The notes under the pieces were generated by a model. That model was not told the origin of the DNA, ran no database searches, and worked only from the letters and a program-made list of their open reading frames with translations. Shown in pieces: positions 11,901-21,599 of a DNA stretch of 64,000 nt. Made by a program: the position numbers and the translations under genes. The stretch is from a candidate division FCPU426 bacterium. Its GTDB lineage: Bacteria > Oederibacteriota > Muellerivitia > Muellerivitales > Muellerivitaceae. Where the stretch lies: positions 192,001 to 256,000 of the forward strand of contig CAWCKJ010000002.1 in the NCBI GenBank assembly GCA_963796105.1. The letters are read 5' to 3'. Within the stretch, counting starts at the first letter, position 1. Every line of letters begins with the position of its first letter.

Positions 11901-12554
11901 TCAATGAGGGGCTGATAAAAGGGTTTGAAGAAAAGAAAACCATTCTTCCAGGCCTTCTCCCGTTTTGCAGGATGTCTGAAAATACCGATGGTGGGGATTG
12001 AGCTTATGGCAATCCTCCTTGACCCGGTCGACTCTGAAATCGACGTAGGGCAAAAGATCGGCCTTGGTCAAAACGACAGCCCCTGCCCGAAGGAAAAGGG
12101 CCGGGTACTTCATGGGCTTCTCATCGCCCTCGGCGACGCTTAAGAGGGCCACTTTCAGGTCCTCACCCAAGTCGTAGGTGGATGGGCATACCAAGTTGCC
12201 GATGTTCTCGATCACGAGAATTCTGGTTTCTTTTAATTCCAATTCAAAAAGCTTGCTCTTGACCATGGCGGCCGTCAGGTGGCAGGTGCCATGTGTCTCA
12301 ATTTGGACCGCTTGGCTGCCGGCGGCGCGGATGCGGTCGGCGTCAAATGTCATTTGAATGTCGCCGGTGATGACGGCCATCTTGGGACCGTAACGCTTGG
12401 CCATGGCTTCCAATAGGGAGGTTTTACCCGATCCGGGGGAGCTCAGGAAATTCAGGGTGACGAGACCCTTTTCCTTGAAAAACGCGCGATTCTCGGCCGC
12501 TACCTGGTTGTTGAGAGTTTGCGCGGATGCCTTGACCTCAATTTTCTCCGCCAT
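11901..12554 (-). CDS. hypB: Hydrogenase nickel incorporation GTPase HypB
   Basis: SPGSGKT, CHL, ENIGNLVCP, EGDEKPMKYP, TKAD. Confidence 0.95.
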   Translation of the reverse strand: MAEKIEVKASAQTLNNQVAAENRAFFKEKGLVTLNFLSSPGSGKTSLLEAMAKRYGPKMAVITGDIQMTFDADRIRAAGSQAVQIETHGTCHLTAAMVKSKLFELELKETRILVIENIGNLVCPSTYDLGEDLKVALLSVAEGDEKPMKYPALFLRAGAVVLTKADLLPYVDFRVDRVKEDCHKLNPHHRYFQTSCKTGEGLEEWFSFLQTLLSAPH

Positions 12555-12882
12555 CGTTCACCTCGATACTTTCCACCCGGCAATCATTTCCGGTAGTGAT
12601 TTTCCGGTCGTATCCGCCACAAGAGGGGCAGGACTCCGCCATATTCTTAACTTCATAGGATTTTCCACAAACGCAAAGGAACGTCGCGGGCGTGAAATGG
12701 GCCTCCAACCGGACGCCTTTTTGCCCCTTTTCCTCGAAAACCAATTGTAAATACATCTCAAGGGATTCGTAGGCAATGCCGGAAAGGGCTCCGACGCTTA
12801 AGTGGACCTTCTCTAGCCGTTTTCCGAGGCTGTGCTGGAGGACCAAATCGGCAATATTCAACGCAACCGAGTACTCGTGCAT
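12538..12882 (-). CDS. hypA: Hydrogenase maturation nickel chaperone HypA
   Basis: Starts MHEYS; CxC and CPxC Zn ligands. Confidence 0.92.
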   Translation of the reverse strand: MHEYSVALNIADLVLQHSLGKRLEKVHLSVGALSGIAYESLEMYLQLVFEEKGQKGVRLEAHFTPATFLCVCGKSYEVKNMAESCPSCGGYDRKITTGNDCRVESIEVNDGGEN

Positions 12883-12933
12883 GTGATTATTCACGCATGG
12901 CGTCAGGCGAAAGTCAAGATCCCTGCAATCGGG

Positions 12934-13329
12934 TCAAGCCGGATTCGCGGGTGGAGCCGTAGCCGCGGGTTTGGGCGGAGGATTCTCCTGCGTCCAAGTT
13001 AACACCCCGCGTTTGTCGGTGGGAGGAGCGTAATGATCGGCGATATGGATGGAGTTTTTCGTCAAACAGGCATCCACACAGGCCCCACAGAGAACGCACT
13101 TGAAGCGGTCCAGCTTGAAGACCCGAGGCTGGCTTTTTCGGTCCATCTCGATGGCGCCGGTAGGGCATTTCCGTTGGCAAAGGGTGCAGAAAGTGCAATT
13201 CTCGATGTGCATGTCGATGCGCCCCCGGGTTTTCGGGATGTCGGGCCTGATCTCGAAGGGATACCGCCGGGTGGCAGGTTTTGAAAAAGCGCTCTTCATC
13301 GCGGTCTTAGACATTTTAAAGTAGGGCAT
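12934..13329 (-). CDS. echF: Ech hydrogenase 2[4Fe-4S] subunit EchF
   Basis: PATRRYPF; two CxxCxxCxxxC motifs; start set at MPYF. Confidence 0.88.
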   Translation of the reverse strand: MPYFKMSKTAMKSAFSKPATRRYPFEIRPDIPKTRGRIDMHIENCTFCTLCQRKCPTGAIEMDRKSQPRVFKLDRFKCVLCGACVDACLTKNSIHIADHYAPPTDKRGVLTWTQENPPPKPAATAPPANPA

Positions 13330-13330
13330 T

Positions 13331-14410
13331 TTATCTCTCCGTACAGCTGATACAGGGGTCAATGCTCAACACGATCACGGGTACATCGGCTAACTGGCAT
13401 CCGCCCAACATATGAACTAGAGGAGGAACGTTGGCGAAAGTGGGCGTCCTGACGCGGTAGCGTTCCAGGAACTTCGTTCCGTTCCCCTTTACATAATGGA
13501 TCACCTCACCGCGGGGCTGCTCCAACCGGTTGAAATACTCGCCTGAAGGGGTTCCAGTTACTTTCACATCGATCGGCCCCGTGGGGATCTTCTCGATAGT
13601 CTGGCGGATCATGCCAAAGGACTGGTAAATCTCCCGGCAGCGCACCATCGTGCGGGAATAGCAGTCTCCCCCGGTTTCCACGACGGGCTCGAAAACAAGC
13701 GCACCATAGGCCCCATATTTCAACATTCGTGCGTCGGAGGCCCATCCGCTGGCGCGAAGTACCGGCCCGACTGCTCCCAAGAGATAGGCGTCATCTTTGG
13801 AAAGCACGCCCACCCCGACTGTCCGGCGCTTGACGGAGTTGTCATTCACAAAAACCGCGGTGATATCATGACATTGTTCCTCAATCTCCCTTAGCTCCTT
13901 GAAGACGTTCGTCATAGCGTCGGTTTGGATGTCGCGGCGGACGCCGCCTACCTTTGAGGCGCCAAAAATGACCCGGCCGCCGGTCGTGTTTTCTACCAGG
14001 TCCAATAGCCTCTCCCGGATTTTCCAGGAAAGCATGAAGAGATTCTCGAAACCGAAAGAGTCCGCCATCAAGCCCAGCCAAAGCAAGTGGCTGTGGATAC
14101 GGGAAATTTCCGACCAGATCACTCGCAGGAATTTGGCCCTCTCCGGAACCTCGATCTTCATGACGTTTTCCAAAGCCTGACAATAGGCGGTGCTGTGGAT
14201 GAAACTGCAGATTCCACAAATGCGCTCGGCCACATACACCATCTCGGTGAATTCCTTTTTCTCGGCCAGGCGTTCAAGACCCCGGTGGATGAAACCGATG
14301 GAAGGGATCGCCTGGACAACTTTCTCATCCTCCAGGACCAAGTCCAAGTGGATAGGCTCTGGAAGAACCGGATGTTGAGGCCCGAAAGGAACTATTGTTT
14401 GTTTACCCAT
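13331..14410 (-). CDS. echE: Ech [NiFe]-hydrogenase large subunit EchE (group 4)
   Basis: PFGPQHP; Ni-binding RICGIC and DPCISCTER; no cleavable C-terminal extension. Confidence 0.95.
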   Translation of the reverse strand: MGKQTIVPFGPQHPVLPEPIHLDLVLEDEKVVQAIPSIGFIHRGLERLAEKKEFTEMVYVAERICGICSFIHSTAYCQALENVMKIEVPERAKFLRVIWSEISRIHSHLLWLGLMADSFGFENLFMLSWKIRERLLDLVENTTGGRVIFGASKVGGVRRDIQTDAMTNVFKELREIEEQCHDITAVFVNDNSVKRRTVGVGVLSKDDAYLLGAVGPVLRASGWASDARMLKYGAYGALVFEPVVETGGDCYSRTMVRCREIYQSFGMIRQTIEKIPTGPIDVKVTGTPSGEYFNRLEQPRGEVIHYVKGNGTKFLERYRVRTPTFANVPPLVHMLGGCQLADVPVIVLSIDPCISCTER

Positions 14411-14411
14411 G

Positions 14412-14786
14412 TTATTTTCCCTGTACCGAAGTTTTATCATCAGCGAACGGCGTCTTCTTGGCCAATTGGTAGAAGTTGCCGTTGAAATTCAGCTTCAAGT
14501 CAGTCACTTTCAACCCAAAGAGGTCCTGCAGCTCGTTCTCGTAGGAAAAGGCCCCGAAATACTCCCCGGTGATGCTGGGAATGACCGCGTCGGAACGGGG
14601 GACCATCAGCCGCAGGCTGATGAATTTGCCGTTTTTATCAAAACTGTATGAAATCTCGAAATTTTCGGGCATTGTCGTGGCGCAGATCTGAACCATGCGG
14701 TACCCGTCTTTCCTGAGTTCCGCAACCTTGGCCACCAGCTGAGACCGGTCCAAGGAAACTAATGTTTGTTCCTCGATGTTCATCAT
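14412..14786 (-). CDS. echD: Ech hydrogenase subunit EchD (NuoC-like)
   Basis: IPSIT...AFSYENELQDLFGL; operon position. Confidence 0.88.
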   Translation of the reverse strand: MMNIEEQTLVSLDRSQLVAKVAELRKDGYRMVQICATTMPENFEISYSFDKNGKFISLRLMVPRSDAVIPSITGEYFGAFSYENELQDLFGLKVTDLKLNFNGNFYQLAKKTPFADDKTSVQGK

Positions 14787-15241
14787 GACACCAACGCCTT
14801 TCCCGCGGTTTTTCCGGCTTTGTACTCCGCCGCCTTTTTTTCCAGGGCGCCAAGGCCCTGTACCACACCGTCAATAATGGCCTCAGGCCGGGCAGCGCAG
14901 CCCGGCACGTAAACGTCGACTGGGATGGTGGAATCCACGCCCTGGTGGATGTTGTAGCATTCCCGGAAGATGCCCCCGGAAAGCGCGCAGGCGCCGATGG
15001 CCACCACGACCTTGGGCTCCGGCATCTGGTTGTAGAGGTTTTTCACCACTTCCTGGTTCTGCTCGTTGACGGAACCAGTGATAAGAAGGATGTCGGCGTG
15101 CTTGGGGTTTCCGGTGTTGATGATACCGAAGCGTTCCACGTCATAAAGCGGGGTCAGGCAGGCCAGAACCTCGATGTCGCATCCATTGCAGCTGGAGGCA
15201 TCGTAATGCAAGACCCAGGGAGATTTTTTTAGGAAGCTCAA
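14783..15241 (-). CDS. echC: Ech hydrogenase small subunit EchC (NuoB-like)
   Basis: SCNGCDIE, GACALSGGIF, YVPGCAARP. Confidence 0.93.
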   Translation of the reverse strand: MSFLKKSPWVLHYDASSCNGCDIEVLACLTPLYDVERFGIINTGNPKHADILLITGSVNEQNQEVVKNLYNQMPEPKVVVAIGACALSGGIFRECYNIHQGVDSTIPVDVYVPGCAARPEAIIDGVVQGLGALEKKAAEYKAGKTAGKALVS

Positions 15242-15245
15242 GGCG

Positions 15246-18062
15246 TCACCTCGCGATCAAGTTGTAAAAAAGATACAAAACATTTCCGGCGCCCAGAACC
15301 GCCGTCACCCCCCAAGCCGACTTCAGGGTGAACTGCCAAGTCAATCGGGCGTAGGAGTTGTCGATCAGTATCTCAAACAGGAAAATGACCAGGGTAGCCG
15401 TCAGGGCGATCCAGGGGGAGAAGGCCGCGAAAAACAGGTAAACCAGGCCCAGCAGGAGGACATTCTCGTACCAGTGACCCACCTCGATCATGGCCAGCTG
15501 GGAGCCCGAGAATTCGGTGGTCAAGCCCTTCACCAGCTCCTGGTGCCCGTGGTGCGAGGTGGAAAGATCAAATGGGGACTTCCGCAGTTTGATGGTCAGG
15601 ATGAAGATGAAACCCAGGAAAATTCCCGGGAGGGTGTAGAGCAGGGGATGGACCGAGGTCATGAGGGAGCTCACGTGGAAGCTTTTGACCGATTGGTACA
15701 TTCCAAGGACCATCAAGAGAAGCATGGGCTCGTAAGCCATCATTTGCAGAAGCTCCCGCTCCGCTCCGATGTTGCTATAGGGAGAGTTGGGGGAATAGCC
15801 GGCCAAAACGAGGAAGATGGAGGCGACGGTCAGCGCGAAAACCACCAATAAAAGGTCGCCGCCCATGAAGAAGAGCGCACCCGTCAGGACCACGAACAGG
15901 AGGAAGCAGAATACATAATAGGCCTGGGCGTGATTGACGACGACAGTCCGTTTTTCCATGAGCTTCATCACGTCATAGAAGGGCTGAAGAAGCGGCGGTC
16001 CCACCCGGCCCTGCATGCGGGCGGTCACGATGCGGTCGAAACCAGCAAGGAGGCAGCCCAAGATGGGGGCGCCAACGATAAAGGCTATAAAGAGTGCCAA
16101 TTTTACCATTGGATCCATGGGAAGAGCCGGGGCTAGGCTTTGAACCAGGGGCTCCACACCGCCTCGATAGGAAAAAGCCATCCAAATCAAACCCAGGATC
16201 AAGCCCTGACAGCAGATCCTACCCACCAATGACAGGGTGGTTTCATTCAATATCGAACTCAGGTAGTAATTGCGCATTTCAACACCCATGGAACGGCCGA
16301 TGGCTCCCTTGAATTGGGAGCTTCCATTATTCAGGTTCGCCCCCGCCAAGTAGGAGGTCACCTCGGTTTCCTTCCGGGGGATGAACCGTAAAAGGGGAGG
16401 AAGGATCAGGAAAGAACCCAACATGATGAACATAATGGACATATTTCCCTGTGTGAGAGGTTCCATAACACCCGCGGGGGCTTGCAGATAAGGCATGATC
16501 ATGTAGAGGGAAATAAGGGGAAAAAGAGCGCAGGCGGCGATGGTCAAGACTGAAAGGGTTCCCAGGGAAGTCCACTCATCCCCGCTGAGGGCGCCTTTGG
16601 CCCTCTCCACGGTAGGCATGCTGATGAGCTTGCCCATCCATTTGGCCCAGAAAAAGAGGGTTGGTGCGCTTCCGAAAGCCAGGAGAATGGCCAGCATGGG
16701 ATTGCTTTGAATGAAGGCTTCCAAGCAGGCCCATTTGCTGATGAGCATTCCGAAGGGCGCCAGGAACATGCCCAAAATGCCCACCAGAAGGACGAAGGCC
16801 AATCCTGGGCGGGTGACTATCAAGCCATCCATGTCCTCAATATCCCTGCTTCCAATCTTATGCTCGACGGAACCGACCGCCTGGAATAAAAGGCCCTTGG
16901 CGATGGCATGGAAAATGATCAGAAGAATCGCGGCCCAAATGGCTTGGGGAGTCCCGACCCCGGCGCAGGCCACCACCAAGCCCAGATTGGCGATGGTGGA
17001 ATAGGCCAGGACGCGCTTGGCGTTGCTCTGGGTCACGGCCGCGAGGGAAGCGATCAGGAAGGTGACTCCGCCCACCATACCGAGGAAAAAGCCAACGCTC
17101 GGGTTTTTTTCCATCACGGGGGCGAACTTGACGATGATAAAGACGCCGGCTTTCACCATGGTGCTGGAATGAAGAAGGGCGGAAACGGGGGTGGGGGCCA
17201 CCATGGCTCCCAGGAGCCAGGAACTGAAGGGAAGCTGGGCGGATTTCGCAAGGCCCGCGAAACAGATCAAGACCGCGGGAAGAACCGCCACTAAGGCGCC
17301 CGTTTTGCCCAAAGTAATGACCAGATCCAGGGCTGGCGCCTGACTATTGGCTGATAAAAATAGAAGGGCTGCGGAAAAACCCAAGCCTCCTATCAAATTC
17401 AGGCCTAGGGCTTTGAAAGCATTGCGTTTAGCCTCTTCCTCCTCGGTGTAGCCAATCATGAGGTAGGAACAGAGGGTGGTTATTTCCCAGAAAAAGAAAA
17501 GCCAGCCTAGGTGGTTCGAGAATACCACCCCAAACATACCCGTGAGGAAGAAGAAAAGCTGGAAGAAAAAACCCCGGCGCTTGTCCTTGAGCTTGGGATG
17601 GTGTTCGTGGAAATCTTTCATATAAGCGATGGCGTAAACACAAATCAACCCACCGATGACACCGATAATGACCGCCATGATCAGGGAAAAATTATCGACA
17701 TAAAGCTCGTTCAGAACCGGCTGGGAGGGAAAACCGAGTTCGGTATAGGCTGTTACCCCGGCTTGCAAAACCAAAAGGACAGGAATCCAGGCTTCTTTAG
17801 GCCGGATGTCCTTGCAACAATATAGAAGGTAAAGGGTCAGGAGGAAGTCCCCGGCCAGGAGTGCCTTATCCGTCCAAGGCTGATCCACCCTGAAATAAGT
17901 GGTGGAAGGCCCCATGTATAGGTAGACCGTGGCCATTGAGGCGGCGATGATCGCCAATACGCTCAACCGGACCACCCAGGCTCGAAGCGTTTGGTTGGTT
18001 GTCACCAATAATATCAAGGCTGGAACCAGCGGGAATAAAATCAGGAAGCTTATTAGATTCAC
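15246..18062 (-). CDS. echAB: Fused Ech membrane subunits EchA (NuoL/MrpA-like) and EchB (NuoH-like)
   Basis: N-part has KSAQLPFSSWLLGAMVAPTPVSALLHSSTMVKAG; C-part has RMQGRVGPPLLQPFYD and PFDLSTSHHGHQELVKG; one 938-aa ORF. Confidence 0.88.
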   Translation of the reverse strand: MNLISFLILFPLVPALILLVTTNQTLRAWVVRLSVLAIIAASMATVYLYMGPSTTYFRVDQPWTDKALLAGDFLLTLYLLYCCKDIRPKEAWIPVLLVLQAGVTAYTELGFPSQPVLNELYVDNFSLIMAVIIGVIGGLICVYAIAYMKDFHEHHPKLKDKRRGFFFQLFFFLTGMFGVVFSNHLGWLFFFWEITTLCSYLMIGYTEEEEAKRNAFKALGLNLIGGLGFSAALLFLSANSQAPALDLVITLGKTGALVAVLPAVLICFAGLAKSAQLPFSSWLLGAMVAPTPVSALLHSSTMVKAGVFIIVKFAPVMEKNPSVGFFLGMVGGVTFLIASLAAVTQSNAKRVLAYSTIANLGLVVACAGVGTPQAIWAAILLIIFHAIAKGLLFQAVGSVEHKIGSRDIEDMDGLIVTRPGLAFVLLVGILGMFLAPFGMLISKWACLEAFIQSNPMLAILLAFGSAPTLFFWAKWMGKLISMPTVERAKGALSGDEWTSLGTLSVLTIAACALFPLISLYMIMPYLQAPAGVMEPLTQGNMSIMFIMLGSFLILPPLLRFIPRKETEVTSYLAGANLNNGSSQFKGAIGRSMGVEMRNYYLSSILNETTLSLVGRICCQGLILGLIWMAFSYRGGVEPLVQSLAPALPMDPMVKLALFIAFIVGAPILGCLLAGFDRIVTARMQGRVGPPLLQPFYDVMKLMEKRTVVVNHAQAYYVFCFLLFVVLTGALFFMGGDLLLVVFALTVASIFLVLAGYSPNSPYSNIGAERELLQMMAYEPMLLLMVLGMYQSVKSFHVSSLMTSVHPLLYTLPGIFLGFIFILTIKLRKSPFDLSTSHHGHQELVKGLTTEFSGSQLAMIEVGHWYENVLLLGLVYLFFAAFSPWIALTATLVIFLFEILIDNSYARLTWQFTLKSAWGVTAVLGAGNVLYLFYNLIAR

Positions 18063-18432
18063 GGGACCCCTCTTGGAAATGGGATTTATTAAGATGACCT
18101 TATTTTATGGCCAAGTTTAATTTTGATTATGACCCCCGTCACACAAAAAAAATATTTCAATTGGTTCAAATTAAACTTTTTGAAGAATCGGAACTTACGG
18201 ATTTGATTGAGTTCTGCCATATTCAATTTGTTCCTAATGTTGTCTTCGATTTTTTAAAAACCACGAGAATCGAAAAGATGAAAAAGCAGGCTATCGCCAC
18301 TTGGGGATCAATTGGCGGTATTCCTTCGTTTTTTAAAGGCCCCGCGTCCATTTTCCAGGTTGACCTCTTCACTTGAGTGTGGCAATCTCCTTCCGGCATT
18401 TTAGAAATTCATTACACCTGCCCGGAGGGAAC

Positions 18433-19059
18433 ATGTTCAACTTTCTGATTCCGAAGGAATACGGCTTTTTCGAGGTGTTTGATCAGCACGCGGCGGCCTT
18501 GGTGGAGGGCTCCCAGATTCTCGTGGATATGCTGGAACATTACCAGGAGGCGCCGGCCAAGGTCCGCCGCCTGAAAGAAGCCGAGCACAGGGCCGACGAG
18601 CTCACTCACCACACCATGGAAATGCTTCACAAGACCTTCATTACTCCCATTGACCGGGACCAGATCCACCAGCTCATTTCCCTCATGGATGACGTGATTG
18701 ACTTCACCGACGGGGCAGCCCGCCGAATGATGCTTTACGGCGTCACGGAAATACCACCCGAACTCATCGAGCTCGCGAAAATTCTCCACCGTTCCGTTTT
18801 AGAAGTCCAGAAGGCAGTTGCCGGCCTGAAGAATCTGAAACACGCGAGTCAAATACAGGCTTCCTGTATCGAGATCAACAAGTTGGAGAACGACGGCGAC
18901 GCCGTTAGGGACGCGGCCATCGCGAAACTTTTCAAGGAAGAGAAGGACGCGGTCAAGGTCCTTATCTGGAAGGAAATTTTCGAAAATATCGAGACGGCCG
19001 TGGACCGCTGTGAGGACGTGGCGAACATCATCGAGGGAGTGGTTCTGGAAAACGCCTAA
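18433..19059 (+). CDS. DUF47 family phosphate-transport regulator (PhoU-like fold)
   Basis: EHRADELTH...LHKTFITPIDRDQI...DRCEDVANIIEGVVLENA; ATG 18433 with GGAGG RBS; adjacent to PiT. Confidence 0.9.
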   Translation: MFNFLIPKEYGFFEVFDQHAAALVEGSQILVDMLEHYQEAPAKVRRLKEAEHRADELTHHTMEMLHKTFITPIDRDQIHQLISLMDDVIDFTDGAARRMMLYGVTEIPPELIELAKILHRSVLEVQKAVAGLKNLKHASQIQASCIEINKLENDGDAVRDAAIAKLFKEEKDAVKVLIWKEIFENIETAVDRCEDVANIIEGVVLENA

Positions 19060-19126
19060 ATCTTTCTTTTGAGATCGGATGAAATTTTAGGGGCCTGAAG
19101 GAATTATAAATATTGGGAGAGGTTCT

Positions 19127-20146
19127 TTGAATCCGGAAATGACGGTTATTGTCCTGGTCATTGTGGTCGCGCTGGCCTTCGACTTCCTGAATGGTTTTCA
19201 CGACGCGGCTAACGCAATCGCAACGGTTGTTTCCACAAGGGTTTTAAGCCCCGGTCAGGCCGTTGTCTGGGCCGCTATATTCAACTTCGGGGCCGCCTTT
19301 TTCGTGGGTACGCATGTGGCAAATACGGTTGGAAAAGGGCTGGTACAACCTTCCGGTATCACGGTTTTCGTCATCTTGGCCGCGCTCATCGGAGCCATTG
19401 TTTGGGACCTTATCACCTGGTATTACGGGCTACCCACCAGTTCCTCGCACGCCTTGATTGGGGGGTTTGGGGGAGCGGCGGTGGTTTACGCTGGCTGGAA
19501 AGTTCTCATCTTGGCGGGTTTCCAAAAAACAATTCTCTTTATCTTTATAGCGCCTTTTCTCGGCATATTTTTAGGTGCTTTCCTGATGACCATTGTTTTC
19601 AACTTGTTCCATAAGTTCACTCCTTCCGCTGTGGACAGCATATTCAGAATTGTCCAATATTTCTCCTCCGCAGCCTATTGCGTGAGCCATGGCGCCAACG
19701 ACTCCCAGAAGACCATGGGCATTATCGTGGCGCTTTTGGTGGCTTCCAACCAGGCTCAGTTGACCCACCGGGGAAACGGCCAGGATATCGCCTGGTGGAT
19801 TATCATTTGTTGTTACGCGGCCATGGGTTTGGGCACCATGTCGGGCGGGTGGAGAATCGTCAAGACGATGGGCCAAAAGATCACTAAGTTGAGGCCTGTG
19901 GGAGGCGCTTGCGCCGAGACTGGAGGGGCTCTTTCGATCTTTTTCGCGACTTATCTTGGAATCCCGGTTTCAACCACACACACCATCACGGGTTCCATCA
20001 TTGGAGTGGGAAGTGTCACTTCGATCTCCTCGGTAAAGTGGGGGGTGGCTGGCCGTATCGTCTGGGCCTGGATACTGACTATTCCCGCCAGCGCGCTCAT
20101 CGCGGCTTTTTTCGAGTGGATTTTTCTCTCAGCGGGTTGGAAATAA
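19127..20146 (+). CDS. pit: PiT-family inorganic phosphate transporter
   Basis: NGFHDAANAIAT and HGANDSQK signatures, PTSSSH, PVSTTH. Confidence 0.95.
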   Translation: MNPEMTVIVLVIVVALAFDFLNGFHDAANAIATVVSTRVLSPGQAVVWAAIFNFGAAFFVGTHVANTVGKGLVQPSGITVFVILAALIGAIVWDLITWYYGLPTSSSHALIGGFGGAAVVYAGWKVLILAGFQKTILFIFIAPFLGIFLGAFLMTIVFNLFHKFTPSAVDSIFRIVQYFSSAAYCVSHGANDSQKTMGIIVALLVASNQAQLTHRGNGQDIAWWIIICCYAAMGLGTMSGGWRIVKTMGQKITKLRPVGGACAETGGALSIFFATYLGIPVSTTHTITGSIIGVGSVTSISSVKWGVAGRIVWAWILTIPASALIAAFFEWIFLSAGWK

Positions 20147-21358
20147 AAAGGGCTTGACAGCCTGTTCCCATTGTTTGTCCCAACCCAGCTTTTTGTTAAA
20201 TTTTCCATTAGTTGTTTTGAGGTTCGCGGGGATCGAATTATTGTTTTTTTCCGCGAGTTCCCGGCAGGTTTCCAATAATTTTCCGTTGATTTCCAGCCAG
20301 TCATAAGAGGCCGCTGTTTCGAGGGCCCCTTTTGATAAGTGTTCCCTGAGTCTTTGTCTTAGAAGCAAGGGTTCAATTTTCGAGGCGAAGTCGTGGGGAT
20401 TCTTGGGTTTGGAAAGATAACCATTCACTCCGGAATGGACCAAGTCCGCTGAACCGCCCTGATTCGCGGCGATGACCGGCAGGCCCGAGGAAAAAGCCTC
20501 CAGGATGACATTCCCGAAAGTTTCCGTGGTCGAGGGAAAAACAAACAAGTCCGAGGACGCGTAAAGTTCCGCCAAATCCCGGCCTTGGACGAAACCCAAA
20601 TAATGATCCTGGGGCAGTTTTTTTTCCAAAACGGACCTGTAAGGGCCGTCGCCCGCGAATACCAATTGGAACTTATGGCCTTTGGCCCTTAACAGGACCG
20701 CGGCATCCGACAAGACTTCCAGGTTTTTCTCGGAAACCATCCGGCCCACAAATAAAAGCAGAGGATCTTTCCCGCCTAATTTTTTTCTTAAACGATCACG
20801 CCTGAATTGGGGCGAGAACTTCCGCCGATCCACGCCCCTCGACCATAAGCGAACATTCTTGAAACCCCGGTTTTTAAGTTCCCGGACGGTTCCGGGCGTC
20901 GGCGCGAATGTCAATTTGTTGCGGTTGTAAAACCATTTCATCCATTTCCAACCCAAACTCTCGGCCCATCGCAGTCCGTAATAGGGGAAATAGTCCACAA
21001 AGTGCGTGTGATAACTCGCCACAGTGGGAAGATTCCTCCGCATGGCGTAGTTTTGACCGTACAGACACAGACCCGTGGGAGCCCCCACCTGGACAAGGTC
21101 AGGTTTAAACCGGTCCAGGACCTTGTCTAGTTTCGGCGGATAGGGTATTCCCAGCCGGTAATACCGGTAGAGAGGAAATGGCACGGAAGGAACCCAGACC
21201 ACCCTGCCTCTCCATGGCTCTTTTTCAGCGGGAAGTTTGGGCGCGATAAAAAGAAAATCCAAACCTTTATGGTTAAGGGTTTCCGCAAGGCGGGTGTAGG
21301 TACGGGCGACGCCGTCAGTGAGGGGAGGAAGGCTTTCCGTGAAGTAGGCGATTCTCAA
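20129..21358 (-). CDS. GT4 glycosyltransferase (SqdX/Agt/MgtA-like)
   Basis: RIAYFTESLPPLTDGV, ASYHTHF, RGVD, ETFGNVILEA; start set at TTG 21358 behind GGAGG. Confidence 0.85.
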   Translation of the reverse strand: MRIAYFTESLPPLTDGVARTYTRLAETLNHKGLDFLFIAPKLPAEKEPWRGRVVWVPSVPFPLYRYYRLGIPYPPKLDKVLDRFKPDLVQVGAPTGLCLYGQNYAMRRNLPTVASYHTHFVDYFPYYGLRWAESLGWKWMKWFYNRNKLTFAPTPGTVRELKNRGFKNVRLWSRGVDRRKFSPQFRRDRLRKKLGGKDPLLLFVGRMVSEKNLEVLSDAAVLLRAKGHKFQLVFAGDGPYRSVLEKKLPQDHYLGFVQGRDLAELYASSDLFVFPSTTETFGNVILEAFSSGLPVIAANQGGSADLVHSGVNGYLSKPKNPHDFASKIEPLLLRQRLREHLSKGALETAASYDWLEINGKLLETCRELAEKNNNSIPANLKTTNGKFNKKLGWDKQWEQAVKPFLFPTR

Positions 21359-21429
21359 AAAACCTCCCATCCTGAGGTGGATGTGTACAGTTTCACGCCT
21401 TAAAAGATAGGGAACCTTCAACCGTGGGG

Positions 21430-21506
21430 AATGAACGGGGGGTTACGAGAAGGTTAAAATAAAAGGAATACCCTCCAATCAGCTGTTTATTCACATACTG
21501 TTAACA
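21430..21506. promoter_or_regulatory. Divergent Pho-box-like direct repeats (11-bp period)
   Basis: Minus strand TTAACC-N5-GTAACC-N5-TTCATT (21457-21430) facing the GT4 gene; plus strand TTCACA-N5-TTAACA (21490-21506) facing the phosphoesterase. Confidence 0.6.
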
Positions 21507-21599
21507 CCATTTCGATTGCCTCCGAATCGTCAAAAAACCAAAATGAAGTCATCCCTGTAAACATACACGGAAGGGATTATTTCTTTGCGAGGTTGATTC

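Noticed and set aside
13331..18062. Complex I (nuo) or hydrogenase-like Ehr/Mbx interpretation
   Set aside because: The large subunit retains both CxxC Ni-binding motifs and hypAB are co-located, so it is a true [NiFe] Ech.
18107..18376. 89-aa ORF between echAB and DUF47
   Set aside because: AT-rich divergent promoter region; no RBS or recognisable motif.
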